In this document: positions 63,676 through 64,000 of the stretch, one piece after another
Layout of the letters: every line of letters starts with the position of its first letter
Numbering within the stretch: position 1 is the stretch's first letter
NCBI GenBank assembly: GCA_012295275.1
Contig: CM022678.1
Location: 1,302,001-1,366,000, forward strand
Direction of reading: 5' to 3'
Length of the DNA stretch: 64,000 nucleotides
From: Chrysomallon squamiferum
Taxonomy: Eukaryota; Animalia; Mollusca
Notes under the pieces: generated by a model
What the model was told of the DNA's origin: nothing
What the model saw: only the letters and a program-made list of their open reading frames with translations
The model's database searches: none
Translations under genes and position numbers: made by a program

Positions 63676-64000
63676 ATTAAATAAGAAAGCTAAGTTTTAA
63701 AACAATTTGATTGTACTGGTAATGTTAGCTAAATCAAAATGACCCCCCCCAAAAAAGGGTTTAAAATATAGTTTTTAAATATATGGTAAATATTACACAA
63801 ACAATGAAAATATTTTGATATAAAAAAAAAAAAAAAAAAAAAAATGAAAATAAAATAAAAACAACAATAAAAAGTCCTTCATCAAAGTTATCTGGCAGTA
63901 TTCCAAAAATTAGTATATATACAAATTTCTGAGCATAAAAATATAATAACAAATAAATTAAAAAATTAAAAATTAAATAATAATAATAATAATAATAAAA

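Overview
AT-rich, microsatellite-dense eukaryotic DNA with GT-AG introns. It is probably from a mollusc (gastropod-like); this is inferred from the Nin/Deu-type SINE copies and the gene sequences. Four genes are supported. (1) A minus-strand NLR-like gene (about 490-11158, about 1885 aa once spliced). It has a 9-aa Ser/Thr/Ala/Val repeat exon, a 90-nt exon with a RHIM-like amyloid motif (not in the ORF track), an nSTAND3-type P-loop NTPase, and an ankyrin array of near-identical frameworks with hypervariable loops. (2) FAM167A-like (minus, 3 coding exons). (3) BAG3-like WW+IPV+BAG co-chaperone (plus), with heat-shock elements and two +1 frameshifts that are probably assembly errors. (4) The 3' twelve exons of SDHA (minus, continuing beyond the window). 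Also present are hAT and MULE transposon relics, SINEs, relics of a paralogous NLR-like gene (triplicated upstream exon, orphan ankyrin fragment) and several minisatellites, one of which repeats an SDHA splice acceptor about 40 times. The most interesting candidate is the RHIM-STAND-hypervariable-ankyrin receptor, which resembles fungal amyloid-signalling NLRs. Exon models were read by eye and have no transcript support.
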